Below, in pieces: positions 50,737-62,604 of a DNA stretch of 64,000 nucleotides. The stretch comes from Leptolyngbyaceae cyanobacterium (lineage in GTDB: Bacteria > Cyanobacteriota > Cyanobacteriia > Phormidesmidales > Phormidesmidaceae), in NCBI GenBank assembly GCA_965263355.1, contig CBDHHL010000056.1, positions 96,001 to 160,000 of the forward strand, given 5' to 3'. Position 1 is the stretch's first letter. Every line of letters begins with the position of its first letter. The notes beneath the pieces are model-generated. The model worked only from the letters and a program-made list of their open reading frames with translations, did no database searches and had not been told where the DNA came from. The position numbers and the translations under genes were made by a program.

Positions 50737-51753
50737 CTAAGCCTCAACGCGATTTCGTCCGTTGCTCTTGGCGCGATAGAGGTTCTTATCACTGCGCTTC
50801 ATCCAGGTCGTCCAATCTTCTCCCGATTGTAGCGTCGCTATCCCTACACTGACCGTTACCGAACGCTTTGGCAATAACTCCAACAATGAAATCCGATGGC
50901 GTAGTTCCTCTGCCACTGTCCGAGCATTCTCTCCATCCGTTCCATGGAGTAATATCAAAAACTCTTCACCACCTAATCGAAACGCCTTATCCACCTGCCG
51001 AATCCGTGATTTGATAAATTGGCTTACCCCTTGCAAGACCTTGTCCCCCACATCATGGCCAAAGGTATCATTCACCGCTTTGAAGTGATCAATATCCAAT
51101 GTAATCAGAACCATTGGCAGATCCAGACGCTTGGATTGCTCAATTGCCCAGTCCAATGTCGTATGTAGTAATGTTCGATTTAACAAACCTGTAAGTGGGT
51201 CAGTTGTTGCCTGTACCCTGAGTCGATACTGCTGTTCGCTAATGACCCGTACAAAAATAGCTGTTGCAATGCTAACCAATGCTAGGGTAGCAATCACTCT
51301 CATAGCCAGGTCCAGGGTGATAAAGATACAAATAAGTGGTATTGCAAGTACAAACAACAAGGCCGTAGCCGCCCAGGCTTTGCCTCTAGGCAACATAAAA
51401 TGAAATGACCCTGCTGCCGGATAACACCAAAAAATGCCAATTATTTCTTTATTGCTTAATAGAAGAACTAACAACAAGAGAATGGCAGGCACCAGGCCAA
51501 ATTGGGTGACAACAATCCGGTAGTGATTATGCCGAACAATTGACCAGGCATTAAATGCGAAGATAATTAGAATAACACAGCAAACTGTACCAATTAAATA
51601 ACGTGCCCCGATTAGATTGTGGATCGTAAAGGGAGTTATAACGGCAAGCGCTACTATGGCAAGGCGCAAAAACGACTTGCGTAGAAATTCGGATCTGGAT
51701 TGGAGCTGCTTTGGATATAAATCCATGCTGAGTTCCTGAGTGTGATAATCCAA
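50737..51753 (-). CDS. Membrane-bound diguanylate cyclase
   Basis: TM region, TDPLTGL.NR, DIDHFK.VND.FGH, GGEEF. Confidence 0.9.
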   Translation of the reverse strand: MDYHTQELSMDLYPKQLQSRSEFLRKSFLRLAIVALAVITPFTIHNLIGARYLIGTVCCVILIIFAFNAWSIVRHNHYRIVVTQFGLVPAILLLLVLLLSNKEIIGIFWCYPAAGSFHFMLPRGKAWAATALLFVLAIPLICIFITLDLAMRVIATLALVSIATAIFVRVISEQQYRLRVQATTDPLTGLLNRTLLHTTLDWAIEQSKRLDLPMVLITLDIDHFKAVNDTFGHDVGDKVLQGVSQFIKSRIRQVDKAFRLGGEEFLILLHGTDGENARTVAEELRHRISLLELLPKRSVTVSVGIATLQSGEDWTTWMKRSDKNLYRAKSNGRNRVEA

Positions 51754-51903
51754 GGTATTCAGATTCGGATAATATCCCGCCTAAGGCTTTAAAGATACCA
51801 CCTGCCCTTAGCAAAAAATTTTCCAGGAATATGGATTAAATCCAAGATCAGTCCACAATTTACCCTATTACTCAAAGTTTTTAGTTTGACGCAATACCAT
51901 CCC

Positions 51904-52818
51904 TTAGCCTAAGTCAATTCCAAATACCCAATCCTGATACTGCTGATCTCGACCTTCTGTAATTGCCGTCAGCTTATCTCGAATCTGATCAGTTACAGGC
52001 CGCACCGTCGGTAGTGTGTAGTTTTCCACCTGTCGGACAGGGGTGACCTTAGCCGCTGTACCACTAAGAAATACCTCATCAGCGATCAACAACTCTGACT
52101 TATCGACAGGGCGCTCTATGACATCAATGCCCAAGTCTTGAGCAACCCGTAGTACGCTATCACGGGTGATTCCCTCAAGAATATCTTGTTCAAAGCCTGG
52201 GGCGATCAGTTTACCATTACGAACAATAAAGATGTTCATGCCTGAGGCTTCACTTACTTTGCCCTGGGAGTTCATCAAAATAGCTTCGTCAAAGCCTGCC
52301 TCGACTGCTTCAGTTTTGGCTAGAGATGATGTGATATAAGCACCGCTGATTTTACCCCGCAGCGGCAGACTGCGATCCTCCTGGCGATACCAAGAACTCA
52401 CTCGGCAACTGACGCCTTCCGGTGAGAGATAGTCCCCTAGCTCTAGACCATAGACAAAAAAGTCTTTTGTCACATTGTGTAATCGTGGGGAAATTCCCAG
52501 GTCCGAAGTATAGACAAAGGGACGAATGTAAAAGGAGGTCTTGGGACTGTTCTTTTTAACAAAGTCTGTAATTACGTGCTGAATTTTGTCCGCCGGTAAA
52601 TCAAAATTCAATAGGTGAGCGCTTTTGCTCAGTCGCGCACAGTGACGATCTAACCGAAATAGCAAGGCCCGATTTTCATTCTGAGGATCGGGTATGCCTC
52701 GCAACCCACCAAAGGCACCCGTGCCATAGTGTAAGGCATGGGTAGCGATGGAAATTTTGGCATCTGCAAATGGACAAAACTGACCCTCAAAATAAGAAAT
52801 CGGCAGAAAGTTGTGCAT
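51904..52818 (-). CDS. ilvE: Branched-chain amino acid aminotransferase
   Basis: HALHYGT, YIRP, GKISGAY, E.SGMN.F, ILEGITR, EVFLSGTAA. Confidence 0.92.
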   Translation of the reverse strand: MHNFLPISYFEGQFCPFADAKISIATHALHYGTGAFGGLRGIPDPQNENRALLFRLDRHCARLSKSAHLLNFDLPADKIQHVITDFVKKNSPKTSFYIRPFVYTSDLGISPRLHNVTKDFFVYGLELGDYLSPEGVSCRVSSWYRQEDRSLPLRGKISGAYITSSLAKTEAVEAGFDEAILMNSQGKVSEASGMNIFIVRNGKLIAPGFEQDILEGITRDSVLRVAQDLGIDVIERPVDKSELLIADEVFLSGTAAKVTPVRQVENYTLPTVRPVTDQIRDKLTAITEGRDQQYQDWVFGIDLG

Positions 52819-52925
52819 TGGACCGGTGGCTTCAAGAAATCGTTCTCCCTAGGATAGAGGAGTTCTTGGTTAAACGGGAGATTGGTGGTGGGAATGTAGA
52901 GGTTCTTTAAGGTTTCCACGTAGAG

Positions 52926-53765
52926 TTAATTTTGCCCCTGCACCAGGGTAATGGCTGTAATTTCTGGATTACAAAACAATCGCCCTGGTGCATAGCTGCC
53001 TAAGCCTCGATTGACATAGAGTAAATTCTGCCCCACGCTGTGTAGGCCTAGGGCCCACTCCCAACGCTGGACCAAGTTGGCACACCGGTCGCTAATAAAA
53101 GGAAACCCACTTTTGCGGATGAATCTGGGTAGCTGCTGACGGAACTGAAACCAATGCTGGGCCATATTGCCAATGCCCGGCAGGATAATTTGGCCACCGT
53201 GGGTATGACCGGAAAGCTGCAGGTCAATGCGCCAGGGCATCATGACTTCAGCTGTATCGGGATTGTGGGATAGGACGATGCGCGGCAGAGAATTGGGTAA
53301 CTGGTCTAATATCTGCGGGGTAAAGTCTGGATGATAATAATCAGCGAGACCTACCAGGGCGAGGTCATGGCCCAATGGGTAGGCAATTTGGTTCCAGAGA
53401 ACGTTGATGCTGTTGTCAGTTAGGGCAGTGGTGACCTCCTGGTGGGCTGTGGGCCAGTAGTTATCGTGGTTGCCTAGAATGGCATAGGTGGGAAATGCTT
53501 TGGCGATGGGGCGAAGCTGAGCTGCTAGATGATAAATTGGTTCAGGGTCGCTAGTAATAAAATCCCCGGTAAACACCACCAGATTTGGGTTTAAGGTGAG
53601 TACGGTTGCGATCGCATCCGCCAATAGCTTGTCTGACAGCCGTTGCTTATCGTAGTGAAAATCTGATAGCTGTACGATAACGTTACCCTGGAGCCGTTGA
53701 GGTAAATTCTGAATGGGGATTTGTAACGACTCGACCGTAAGCGGACCGACAAATAATGGGCGCAT
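52926..53765 (-). CDS. Metallophosphoesterase (YkuE-like)
   Basis: SDFH, TGDF, GNHD, SHNPD, SGHTHGGQ, VNRGLG. Confidence 0.9.
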   Translation of the reverse strand: MRPLFVGPLTVESLQIPIQNLPQRLQGNVIVQLSDFHYDKQRLSDKLLADAIATVLTLNPNLVVFTGDFITSDPEPIYHLAAQLRPIAKAFPTYAILGNHDNYWPTAHQEVTTALTDNSINVLWNQIAYPLGHDLALVGLADYYHPDFTPQILDQLPNSLPRIVLSHNPDTAEVMMPWRIDLQLSGHTHGGQIILPGIGNMAQHWFQFRQQLPRFIRKSGFPFISDRCANLVQRWEWALGLHSVGQNLLYVNRGLGSYAPGRLFCNPEITAITLVQGQN

Positions 53766-54129
53766 AGTTTGAGGAACTGGACCTATAGTCTCAGGAACAA
53801 AAGTTTTGTTACTTAACTTAACTCTAATGATGATGAGCCATCATAGTTACCTGACATCGTTAACCAGCTCATTTGCCAGTTAGCAGACTGGTCTAGGTGA
53901 GCCCACAGGTGCAGAGTTTACCGACAAAACTATAAAATCCACATGAATTTAATTTTGAGTTTTAAGGTTTAAATTTTGGGGCCAGTGGTTGGAAATATCG
54001 CAGAAAAATGACATCAAGATTACATTGATGCTTATCTGTATTATCTGTATTAGCAATGCTCCAGCTCAAACCTCAAAATTAAAAACTCACTAAAGGCGCT
54101 TCTAGACACCGTTTTACAAGGACGTTTCT

Positions 54130-56052
54130 ATGACTGTTGGCACACTTACGCCCCAAGAACAAAGCAATCTCGCCAAGGCAATTGACTATAGTCATGTCCA
54201 GTCGGTGGCTGACATTTGGCCCATCGTTGCTGAGCAATATCCTAACCAAATCGCCCTGGAAGATCCCCATGGGACACAGCTGACTTTGACCTACGGTGAA
54301 CTGGCGCAGCAGATCCAACAGTTTGCCGCTAGCCTTCAGACCTTAGGGATTCAACCCCAGGACAAAATTGCGCTATTCTCAGACAATCAGCCCCGCTGGT
54401 TAGTGGCAGACCAGGGTATCATGACCGCCGGTGCCGTCGATGCCGTGCGCGGGTCCCAAGCCGATCGCGATGAGCTGGCCTTTATCCTCGACAATAGCGA
54501 TGCCGTGGCGATGATTGTGCAGGATCAGGCCACCTTAACTAAACTGGCTGACTGCATTGGGGATAAAAATCTGCAGTTTATTGGGCTGCTGTCCGATGAA
54601 ATTCCCCAGCTGGAGACCCCGGTTAAGCTCCTAAACTTTAATCAGCTGATGGCATTGGGGGACGGTGTCGCGGTCAAATCGGTGGAACGCGATCGCACCA
54701 ACCTAGCCACCTTGATGTACACGTCTGGCACCTCCGGTAGACCCAAGGGGGTCATGCTAAGCCAGGGAAACCTGCTATCCCAAATCGCCGGAGCCTGCAG
54801 CGTTGTGCATCCAGGTCCCGGTGAAAAAGTCATGAGTATTTTGCCTATCTGGCACTGCTACGAGCGCACCTTTGAATACTTCACCCTTTCCCAGGGCGTC
54901 CATCAGATTTATACAACTATTCGCTACGTTAAAAAAGACCTCAAGGCCTACAAACCTAACTATATGGTGGGTGTTCCTCGGCTGTGGGAATCCATTTATG
55001 AAGGCGTTCAAAAACAGTTTCGTGAGCAGCCCAAAAGTAAGCAAAAACTGATCAACTTTTTCCTGCATCAAAGTGAGCGCTACATTGCCGCCAAACGCAT
55101 TGCCAATAACCTCAGTATTGACCAAACCCCCAACGCCTTTGACCGCATCATGGCCAGCACCCAGTGTGCCGTTCTATGGCCTTTTCATAAATTAGGCGAC
55201 ACCATTGTCTACAAAAAAGTCCGCGAAGCCACTGGCGGTGATATTAACTTTGTTGTCAGTGGCGGTGGTTCCATTGCCGACCACCTCGAAGACTTTTACG
55301 AAATCATTAGCGTTGATATCCTTGGCGGTTACGGCCTCACCGAAACCTCACCCATCACCCATGTGCGTCGCCCCTGGCAAAATCTGCGGGGAGCAGACGG
55401 CCAACCCCTCCCTGGCACTGAAACCCGCATCGTCGACCTTGATAATCGCCAGGACGTCCCCCAAGGTCAGCAAGGATTAGTTCTGATTCGTGGTCCCCAG
55501 GTGATGCAGGGTTACTACAAAAACCCTGACGCCACCACCAAAGCCATTGACCCTGACGGCTGGTTCGACACAGGTGACCTCGGTAAAATCACTGCCAATG
55601 GCGACCTAATTATTACCGGTCGTGCCAAAGACACCATTGTTCTTACCAACGGCGAAAACATTGAACCCCAACCCGTCGAAAATGCTTGTGCCCGCAGCAA
55701 ATATATCGACCAAATTATGCTTGTTGGTCAGGACCAGAAAGTCCTTGGAGCCTTGATCGTGCCTAATCTAGAAGCCCTTAATCAATGGGCCTCTGACCAG
55801 AGTATTACGATCAACGAAATCAATCCTGCCGAGGCCCTCAACGACCCCAAGGTCGAAACCTTGTTTAAGCAAGAACTCGCCCGCGAAGTCAAAGCCCGTC
55901 CCGGCTATCGCCCCGATGAACGCATTGGCCCCTTCACATTACTCAGCGAACCCTTTTCTGTTGAAAATGGTATGCTCACCCAAACTTTAAAGATCAAACG
56001 CCCCGTCGTCACCCGAAATTACCAGGCCGTGATTGATAGGTTATTTGAATAA
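54130..56052 (+). CDS. aas: Acyl-ACP synthetase / long-chain fatty acid ligase
   Basis: YTSGTSGRPKG, GYGLTET, WFDTGD, GRAKDTIVL.NGENIEP, LTQTLKIKR. Confidence 0.85.
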   Translation: MTVGTLTPQEQSNLAKAIDYSHVQSVADIWPIVAEQYPNQIALEDPHGTQLTLTYGELAQQIQQFAASLQTLGIQPQDKIALFSDNQPRWLVADQGIMTAGAVDAVRGSQADRDELAFILDNSDAVAMIVQDQATLTKLADCIGDKNLQFIGLLSDEIPQLETPVKLLNFNQLMALGDGVAVKSVERDRTNLATLMYTSGTSGRPKGVMLSQGNLLSQIAGACSVVHPGPGEKVMSILPIWHCYERTFEYFTLSQGVHQIYTTIRYVKKDLKAYKPNYMVGVPRLWESIYEGVQKQFREQPKSKQKLINFFLHQSERYIAAKRIANNLSIDQTPNAFDRIMASTQCAVLWPFHKLGDTIVYKKVREATGGDINFVVSGGGSIADHLEDFYEIISVDILGGYGLTETSPITHVRRPWQNLRGADGQPLPGTETRIVDLDNRQDVPQGQQGLVLIRGPQVMQGYYKNPDATTKAIDPDGWFDTGDLGKITANGDLIITGRAKDTIVLTNGENIEPQPVENACARSKYIDQIMLVGQDQKVLGALIVPNLEALNQWASDQSITINEINPAEALNDPKVETLFKQELAREVKARPGYRPDERIGPFTLLSEPFSVENGMLTQTLKIKRPVVTRNYQAVIDRLFE

Positions 56053-56111
56053 GAAAGATTCTGGCAAAGATGACTTAGTCTCTCCAGAGGCATCCACAAT
56101 CCCTGCTCATA

Positions 56112-57020
56112 CTATTCATCGACCAATGCTCTTTTCTGAGCGAATAGAGTTGCAAAGATAGCTTCAAAAGGTTTGCCGTTACTGTCTTTTCGGTGGAATG
56201 TTCCCAATTCTTCTCGATACTCACAGATCTGCCAATGGGCATAATAGCGGCGTAACTCCTGAGGAGCGAAGGTAAACGAAAAGTCAATAGAGCAAGGGAA
56301 CTCGGCTGAGGAGACAGGGGCAATAATAAAATGGTAGCCGTATTGATTGGTGTGGGCTTGCATATCCTCAATCACAGGAGCCAATGTGCTGCGTCTTAAA
56401 AACTGAAAAACAACTGTAGAGACAATGAGATCATAGTGATCCTCAAGGGTCGCTGATTCAATGTCATATTCCCGTGCTTTAAATCGATCTCCCGCATTTT
56501 CCATTTCAATAACCGTCTGTAAGCGATTAATCGAGTCAACGTTTTTATCCAATGCTGTAACCAGGTGTCCCTGATCATATAGGTAGATTGCGTTGCGACC
56601 TTTTCCACAGCCTAAATCCAAGATGCTCATGTTGGTTTGGTCTGCTAACGGTCCTTGAATTAAGGCTTGGATATCCCGATGGGGAGCTGCGAACTGATAT
56701 TTCTTTTGCAAATAGTTCTCCATGCGACAGTAAAACTCAACAAAACAGCGTAATGTTCCCAATGGCTTAACCCGATGCCAAACCCCCGGTGATACAAAAA
56801 AATCTGTGTGCTGCGGTGTAATAATCTCTGTAGATGAAACTTCTCCAGTTTCACTCAACACATCGTATTGCAATCGCCCCGCTTCTACCGTAATTTTTGC
56901 CCAAGTCCCTTGTTTCGTGTTGTGCCGAGTTTGAAATGACTCTGGTAGAGTTGTTTCTGTCCATGTGGGCAAGGTTTTATATTTGACCAGTAAGTCTGAA
57001 GTTGCCATAGATTCTGTCAT
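56112..57020 (-). CDS. tehB: SAM-dependent methyltransferase TehB with an N-terminal DUF1971 domain
   Basis: W...LP..F...HNTK.GTW, WHRV, LDLGCG.GRN, STVV.QFL. Confidence 0.85.
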   Translation of the reverse strand: MTESMATSDLLVKYKTLPTWTETTLPESFQTRHNTKQGTWAKITVEAGRLQYDVLSETGEVSSTEIITPQHTDFFVSPGVWHRVKPLGTLRCFVEFYCRMENYLQKKYQFAAPHRDIQALIQGPLADQTNMSILDLGCGKGRNAIYLYDQGHLVTALDKNVDSINRLQTVIEMENAGDRFKAREYDIESATLEDHYDLIVSTVVFQFLRRSTLAPVIEDMQAHTNQYGYHFIIAPVSSAEFPCSIDFSFTFAPQELRRYYAHWQICEYREELGTFHRKDSNGKPFEAIFATLFAQKRALVDE

Positions 57021-57357
57021 AACGATTACCCTGAACAGATAATTAACTATCTAGCCTCATAATAGAGCGATCATGCCGCCTCGTAGGCTGGGCTGGGCAA
57101 CAAAATTCGGCAGTTACAAGTATTTGTAAGCTTGACAACTCAAGATGAACAATTTGAATATTTCAGGCATTGGGCTAACTCTATCGACCAGTGCAATGGC
57201 AAATGGGAATGCAACTACGAACATTAACATACCCCTTGGATTTCGGTAATTAAGACGATAACCATTCATTGTGACGGTGTGATTCTTGCATCAGTCGCAG
57301 ATGATTTGCTTTATGCCCCTGGCAGAGATAATGTCAAGGGGATTTATTCCTACTGAA

Positions 57358-58059
57358 TCATCCATTACTCTCATCAGAGATGTATGCCTTAAAGTAGTCA
57401 TTATTCAAATCATTTGCTCCTGGTATTTCCAAGAAGTTTGTCCAGTACTTAAAAAACTCAAAGGTCACTAAATTCCGGGTTACTTCATATGCAGCCGCGA
57501 TCTGTGCCTGTAAGCTATCAAATGAAGTTGCTGTTTTTCTAGAAGAATCAGCAAAAGATTCTATATTTGCCCACATATCAATTCCGGCATTATCACAAGC
57601 CTTTTTCATGGCTTTCATGTAGGCTGTCACCACATCAAGGGGAACGCCTTTTGCCCCAACTCCATCTTGTAGCATTAATACAGTCAGGGATGTTTCTCCC
57701 AAAAAACTGCTATAAACCTTGTCAGTGATTTCTGATTCTTCTGATGTAAATTTATTAATGAACGGAGAGGTTGATACTTGCAGCCTATCGTTCTTCGCGC
57801 TGCAATATCTACTCACCTCAATTAAATAATTTTTCAAATAGCCAAGTTCGCCATTATTTCCTGGTGTCCACCCTTCAAGTGAAAGATAAAAGCCATCAAA
57901 CGAATCTTTCTCTCCCCATTCAGTCCAAATTAGATCGGCAGAACACTTGCTTCGCTTAATAATATCTTTTATTCGGCCCTCGTCTTGAAGACATACTTCA
58001 TCTCCAGAACAATCTTCCAGGAGGGCGAGGCCTATCCAAACTTTCATCGCCCAGGTCAA
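57358..58059 (-). pseudogene. DUF4434-like glycoside hydrolase-like fragment (N-terminus apparently missing)
   Basis: MKVWIGL, F.G.Y.S.E, QDGVGA, WANIESF, QI.AA; TTG start next to AT-rich DNA. Confidence 0.45.
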
Positions 58060-58498
58060 AACCTCAGATAAATAGAAAACAAAGAAAATGACTATTTTGT
58101 GAGTCTCCTCACCGTCTGTTGATCTGCATCACTTCACGTTAATTCTGTTTTATGTATCCAACCCAAAATCAATCGTTTTATATCACTTAAAGTATGTTTC
58201 GTTCCTTAAACAACTAAACAATAAAAATAATAGAATTAACTGAAGCCGAAAAGTCTTAACTAGATTAGGAATCAACACTCAGAGAGCAAAGTTCAGGACA
58301 TTCTTAATTCCAGAGTCCTGACCACTATCCTTGGGAAAACTTCCTGATTCAAGTCGGCAATCAAAAGAATTAAACCAATCGATTATTGACATCGATCACA
58401 CAAGGCAGAGGATAAATGGTTTTTACTGAATTGAGATGGTAAAAATTATACATTATGCTCACATTATTCGATTCTCTCATCTCTAACTCTTAAATCTC

Positions 58499-58560
58499 GT
58501 CCATGTCCAGAATTAGAGTTTTTCCGTAGAGGGAACTGCAGGTTTTCACTAAACCATAGT
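58499..58560 (+). repeat. ~60-bp mini-repeat, copy C (degenerate 3' end)
   Basis: gtccatgtccagaa..tttccgtagagggaact, homologous to copies A and B. Confidence 0.55.
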
Positions 58561-58800
58561 TTCACTGAACCATAGTTTGCTTTAGTCAGTCACGAACTTT
58601 TTGCAGAAATCACTTGACTTAAAACCGATAATGTTATCAACTTTGTTATACTTCTCTACTCCCTTTAAGACGGGAATTACCATAACTATAATCTATCTTA
58701 TTTATAATAAAATAACACCGATTTTAAGGTTCTTGTTTTAAATCCTTATGGAATCTTCTTTTTTAATTTGTAGTAAATTCAAACAGTAAGGAACACGATA

Positions 58801-59718
58801 ATGATGAGCAAAGCTGAACAACTTCCAGTTGGGTTTGTGTTTACACTACAGCGTCTAGTCCACATATTTATTTCACAGCAATGGAAACAACTGGAATCTC
58901 GTGTCAGTTCGATTATCGTAGGACTTGCAGTTGCTTATATTTTATTAGAACTTATTCCTGCTGTTAATTATGAATATACGGCGTTTGGAAAACAGCTTTA
59001 TTGGCTATTGTTGCTAATATTGAGCCTGTATCCAGGACTTAAACAAGTTCTTCCATATCATTTCTCCTATGGCTTTCTATATCAACGTATCAGCAACCAG
59101 AATGCTCACCTGAAGAAAACGAATCAACAGCTTTGCCAAATTCTCCAAGAGCAAGAAATAACGAAGCAGGCGCTCGAAAAAGAGAATCAAACGTTATACA
59201 GGCTAGCAACTATTGATGAGTTAACCCAAATCCAGAACCGTCGTTTCTTTGAGCAACAGATCCAGCATGAGTGGCAACAGCTTCAGCGAGAAGGACGTCC
59301 GATTTCTTTAATTCTATTCGATGTGGATTACTTTAAACGCTACAACGATCACTACGGACATCTTGCTGGAGATAATTGCCTGCAGAAAATTGCCCGAGCC
59401 GCCAAAAAGAGTCTTCAGAACACAACTGATTTTGTAGCTCGATATGGTGGAGAAGAATTTGCTGTAGTTTTGCTAGATACTGATGAGCAAGAGACGGTTA
59501 AAATCGCACAAACTATTCAACAGGCTGTGCAAACTTTGGCTATCCCCCACGCCCAATCCGACATCAGTCCTATTGTCTCCATTAGCCTTGGCATCACCAG
59601 TCTCCTGCCTACACCAAAGGACTCATACAAGACGTTAATAAACCTGGCTGATCAAGCTCTATATAAAGCCAAACGCCAGGGTCGCGATCGCTATGTAGTC
59701 AGCAGCTGTAATAGATAA
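58801..59718 (+). CDS. Diguanylate cyclase
   Basis: Two TM helices, coiled coil, DELT...NRR, DVDYFK.YND.YGH, RYGGEEF. Confidence 0.9.
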   Translation: MMSKAEQLPVGFVFTLQRLVHIFISQQWKQLESRVSSIIVGLAVAYILLELIPAVNYEYTAFGKQLYWLLLLILSLYPGLKQVLPYHFSYGFLYQRISNQNAHLKKTNQQLCQILQEQEITKQALEKENQTLYRLATIDELTQIQNRRFFEQQIQHEWQQLQREGRPISLILFDVDYFKRYNDHYGHLAGDNCLQKIARAAKKSLQNTTDFVARYGGEEFAVVLLDTDEQETVKIAQTIQQAVQTLAIPHAQSDISPIVSISLGITSLLPTPKDSYKTLINLADQALYKAKRQGRDRYVVSSCNR

Positions 59719-60048
59719 ATCAATTACGCGTACTCTCAGGTAAGAGCACGCCTTTGTGGATACCCTGTTATGGCCAAGCCAACAAAATCCATCGCGTCAA
59801 TGATGTTAAAGACCTTGCATGATCACAGAGGTTCAGCCATTCAGCCGTCTAAGAACTTGTGAAAATTAAGCTCATGGCTTTAGCTGAAATAAGCCGTAAT
59901 TTTGAATATAAATGCCTTATCCTTAATAACCCCCGTGAATTATCAGAAGATTAGCAAAGGTAACGCTATGACATTGTCGAAGCTGTTCACTATATCTATG
60001 ATCAATAGGCTAGTTCTTTTACTATCAAAATAGTTTCATATCGATGCC

Positions 60049-61065
60049 ATGGTGAGGCCGTCCGTTCCATCTAACCCGGATGCGTTCAAACTCATAAAAG
60101 CCTTGGAGCTTTTTGCGCAGACATTTGGTAGCTCTCAATCTCAGTTAGAGCTACAGGCTGCTATTGGAGCCCTGGCGGTAGTAATGGACCTGAATGATGG
60201 CAATTTAAATGTTTTGGTTCATCAGGTAACTAGCTATTATCAACAAACTCAGCTTCACGATAAATCAGTTGAAGCAGCAAACGACCAGATATCTACGGCA
60301 ATTATTCAAACAGCCAAGGAACGTCTGACAGACACAGAAGAAACCCTAATCTTATTAATTCGTACCTATTTACAACGGGTGTCGGCCAAACTGTCGGCCA
60401 TAGAATTTATTGAATTGACAAAAGCTGCGATCGCACTCCTAGATCACAGTTCACCTGATCCCAAGCAGCCTGCACCACAACTGAGCCTACCTGAACGCAA
60501 ACGCCTGTTATATATAGCGGTTCAAACCTTTAGCAATCAGTTATCCCAACCCATTCCTGTCATTGGAGAAACAGTTCCCAAACCCATTGCCAGACTCCTT
60601 GCCAGACTGGTCCGACATCAAAAAATAATCCGTACCGACGGGGTGAAAGCGGTCTTTGCCAAACTAGTGGCTCAAACCTTGGCAGCTAAGGTCCCAGGAC
60701 TAAGCCTCAGCCTAATTCGCACCGCATTAAAAAATGACCACATAACCATCGCCCCTGACCTTGATACCCAGGATGGGTTAGACGACTTTGCCAGGGTCCT
60801 ATGGTTCGAAACGCAGCTCCAAATGCCATCCCCAAAAGGAATGAAGTCCGCAAAAGCTATTGCCGAACAAGTAAATCAAGCTATTGCTGACTTTAAGGCC
60901 AGGTATCAACCGCTAGCCGATGTGACTCAGCCTAGATGGGATAACGAATTATCCGTTAGCAGCCCATTTTTTACCCCCAGCAACCTAGAAATAACCAGCA
61001 ACGAATTTACCTGGCCACCGCAAAGTTACACCCCAAAAACTTTAAAAGACGAAACAAATTCGTAG
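60049..61065 (+). CDS. Hypothetical protein
   Basis: 338-aa open frame with helical character; no recognisable motif. Confidence 0.55.
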   Translation: MVRPSVPSNPDAFKLIKALELFAQTFGSSQSQLELQAAIGALAVVMDLNDGNLNVLVHQVTSYYQQTQLHDKSVEAANDQISTAIIQTAKERLTDTEETLILLIRTYLQRVSAKLSAIEFIELTKAAIALLDHSSPDPKQPAPQLSLPERKRLLYIAVQTFSNQLSQPIPVIGETVPKPIARLLARLVRHQKIIRTDGVKAVFAKLVAQTLAAKVPGLSLSLIRTALKNDHITIAPDLDTQDGLDDFARVLWFETQLQMPSPKGMKSAKAIAEQVNQAIADFKARYQPLADVTQPRWDNELSVSSPFFTPSNLEITSNEFTWPPQSYTPKTLKDETNS

Positions 61066-61296
61066 CATTCTGTTTTATTTACATTCAAATAAAACATTCT
61101 TAACAATATTCTGAGCCAGGGCTTTTCGTTTTGTCTGGTCATAGTGAGGTTGGCCATGATTAATTCCAGGTGTAAATAAGATGGCCCCTTACAAAAAAAT
61201 GGAGTCCCCTTGTAGGAGTTGTGCATTATGCAAGAACTGTGCCTGATGCCAGCCCAGGGGCTTTGAGATTAATAGTTTCCTTATTGGTACAAATTT

Positions 61297-61324
61297 TAGG
61301 GGCACCCACAAGGGGAGCCCCTAC
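61297..61324 (-). repeat. GTAG-type REP sequence
   Basis: Reverse complement reads gtaggggctccccttgtgggtgccccta, similar to 18130-18156. Confidence 0.6.
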
Positions 61325-61673
61325 GGGATAACGCAAACTAGGCAAAGGTTTAATTACCTCTTATATGGCTACGCCATTTAAATCACCGGACTAAAAACGG
61401 AAATCCTTTCTAGACAAGAGATATAGCCAATAGAAATAATTTGTCTTTTGATCTACTTTTTATATAAGTGGTTATCAAAATTCCTATTTAGGCTCTGATA
61501 TAGCCTAATCAAGGATTAGGAAAAACCAGGGCTATTTACGGGCTTTAGGATGTGCTAGGAAGCTTTTTACATAGTCATACATTTTTTGCCCCTCTATTCA
61601 ATCACCAACTTATTGACCACAATGACCTCCAGATAGGGTCCAAGCGACCACTCACCAAAAGGAGACAACGAGC

Positions 61674-62537
61674 GTGAAACTCTCGGTCTACGGCAAAGGC
61701 GGCATTGGCAAATCCACCACCAGCTGCAATATATCGGTCGCATTGGCTAAACGCGGCAAAAAAGTCCTGCAAATCGGCTGTGACCCCAAACACGACAGCA
61801 CATTTACCCTCACGGGCTTTTTAATTCCCACGATTATTGACACCCTGCAAGAACGGGACTATCACTACGAAGATATCTGGCCCGAAGATGTGATCTATCA
61901 AGGCTATGGCGGTGTTAGCTGTGTAGAGGCCGGAGGTCCCCCGGCGGGTGCAGGCTGCGGCGGCTATGTGGTCGGTGAAACTGTTAAGCTGCTCAAGGAG
62001 CTAAACGCCTTTGATGAGTATGATGTCATCCTATTTGACGTCCTAGGTGATGTGGTCTGTGGCGGATTTGCGGCCCCCCTTAACTATTCTGACTATTGCA
62101 TGATCGTCACTGATAATGGCTTTGATGCGCTGTTTGCGGCTAATCGCATTGCGGCATCAGTGCGCGAAAAAGCTCGGACTCACCCACTGAAGCTGGCCGG
62201 TTTAATCGGCAACCGCACGTCTAAGCGAGACCTGATTGATAAGTACATCGAAGCCGTACCTATGCCCGTGCTCGAAATTTTGCCCTTGATCGAAGATATT
62301 CGTGTCTCACGGGTAAAAGGTAAAACTATGTTTGAGATGGCTGAAACGGATCCTTCGTTAGAGCCCGTATGTCAGTACTATCTAAACATTGCCGATCAGC
62401 TCATTGCTCAGCCCGAGGGTGTGGTACCTAATGATGCAGCTGACCGTGAGCTGTTTGCACTGCTTTCGGACTTCTACCTCAACCCACCGGAAGATGCGCC
62501 TGCTCAGCAAAATGAAATGGATCTGATGCTGGTTTAA
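61674..62537 (+). CDS. chlL: Dark-operative protochlorophyllide reductase Fe protein
   Basis: [37 protein letters not shown]. Confidence 0.97.
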   Translation: MKLSVYGKGGIGKSTTSCNISVALAKRGKKVLQIGCDPKHDSTFTLTGFLIPTIIDTLQERDYHYEDIWPEDVIYQGYGGVSCVEAGGPPAGAGCGGYVVGETVKLLKELNAFDEYDVILFDVLGDVVCGGFAAPLNYSDYCMIVTDNGFDALFAANRIAASVREKARTHPLKLAGLIGNRTSKRDLIDKYIEAVPMPVLEILPLIEDIRVSRVKGKTMFEMAETDPSLEPVCQYYLNIADQLIAQPEGVVPNDAADRELFALLSDFYLNPPEDAPAQQNEMDLMLV

Positions 62538-62542
62538 ATCTT

Positions 62543-62604
62543 GTCCACGTCCAGAACTGTAATTTTGCCGTAGAGGAAACTCTGGGTTTCAACTTGGACG
62601 TGGA
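62543..62604 (+). repeat. ~60-bp palindromic mini-repeat, copy B
   Basis: tccacgtcca/tggacgtgga 10-bp terminal inverted repeat just after the chlL stop. Confidence 0.7.
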
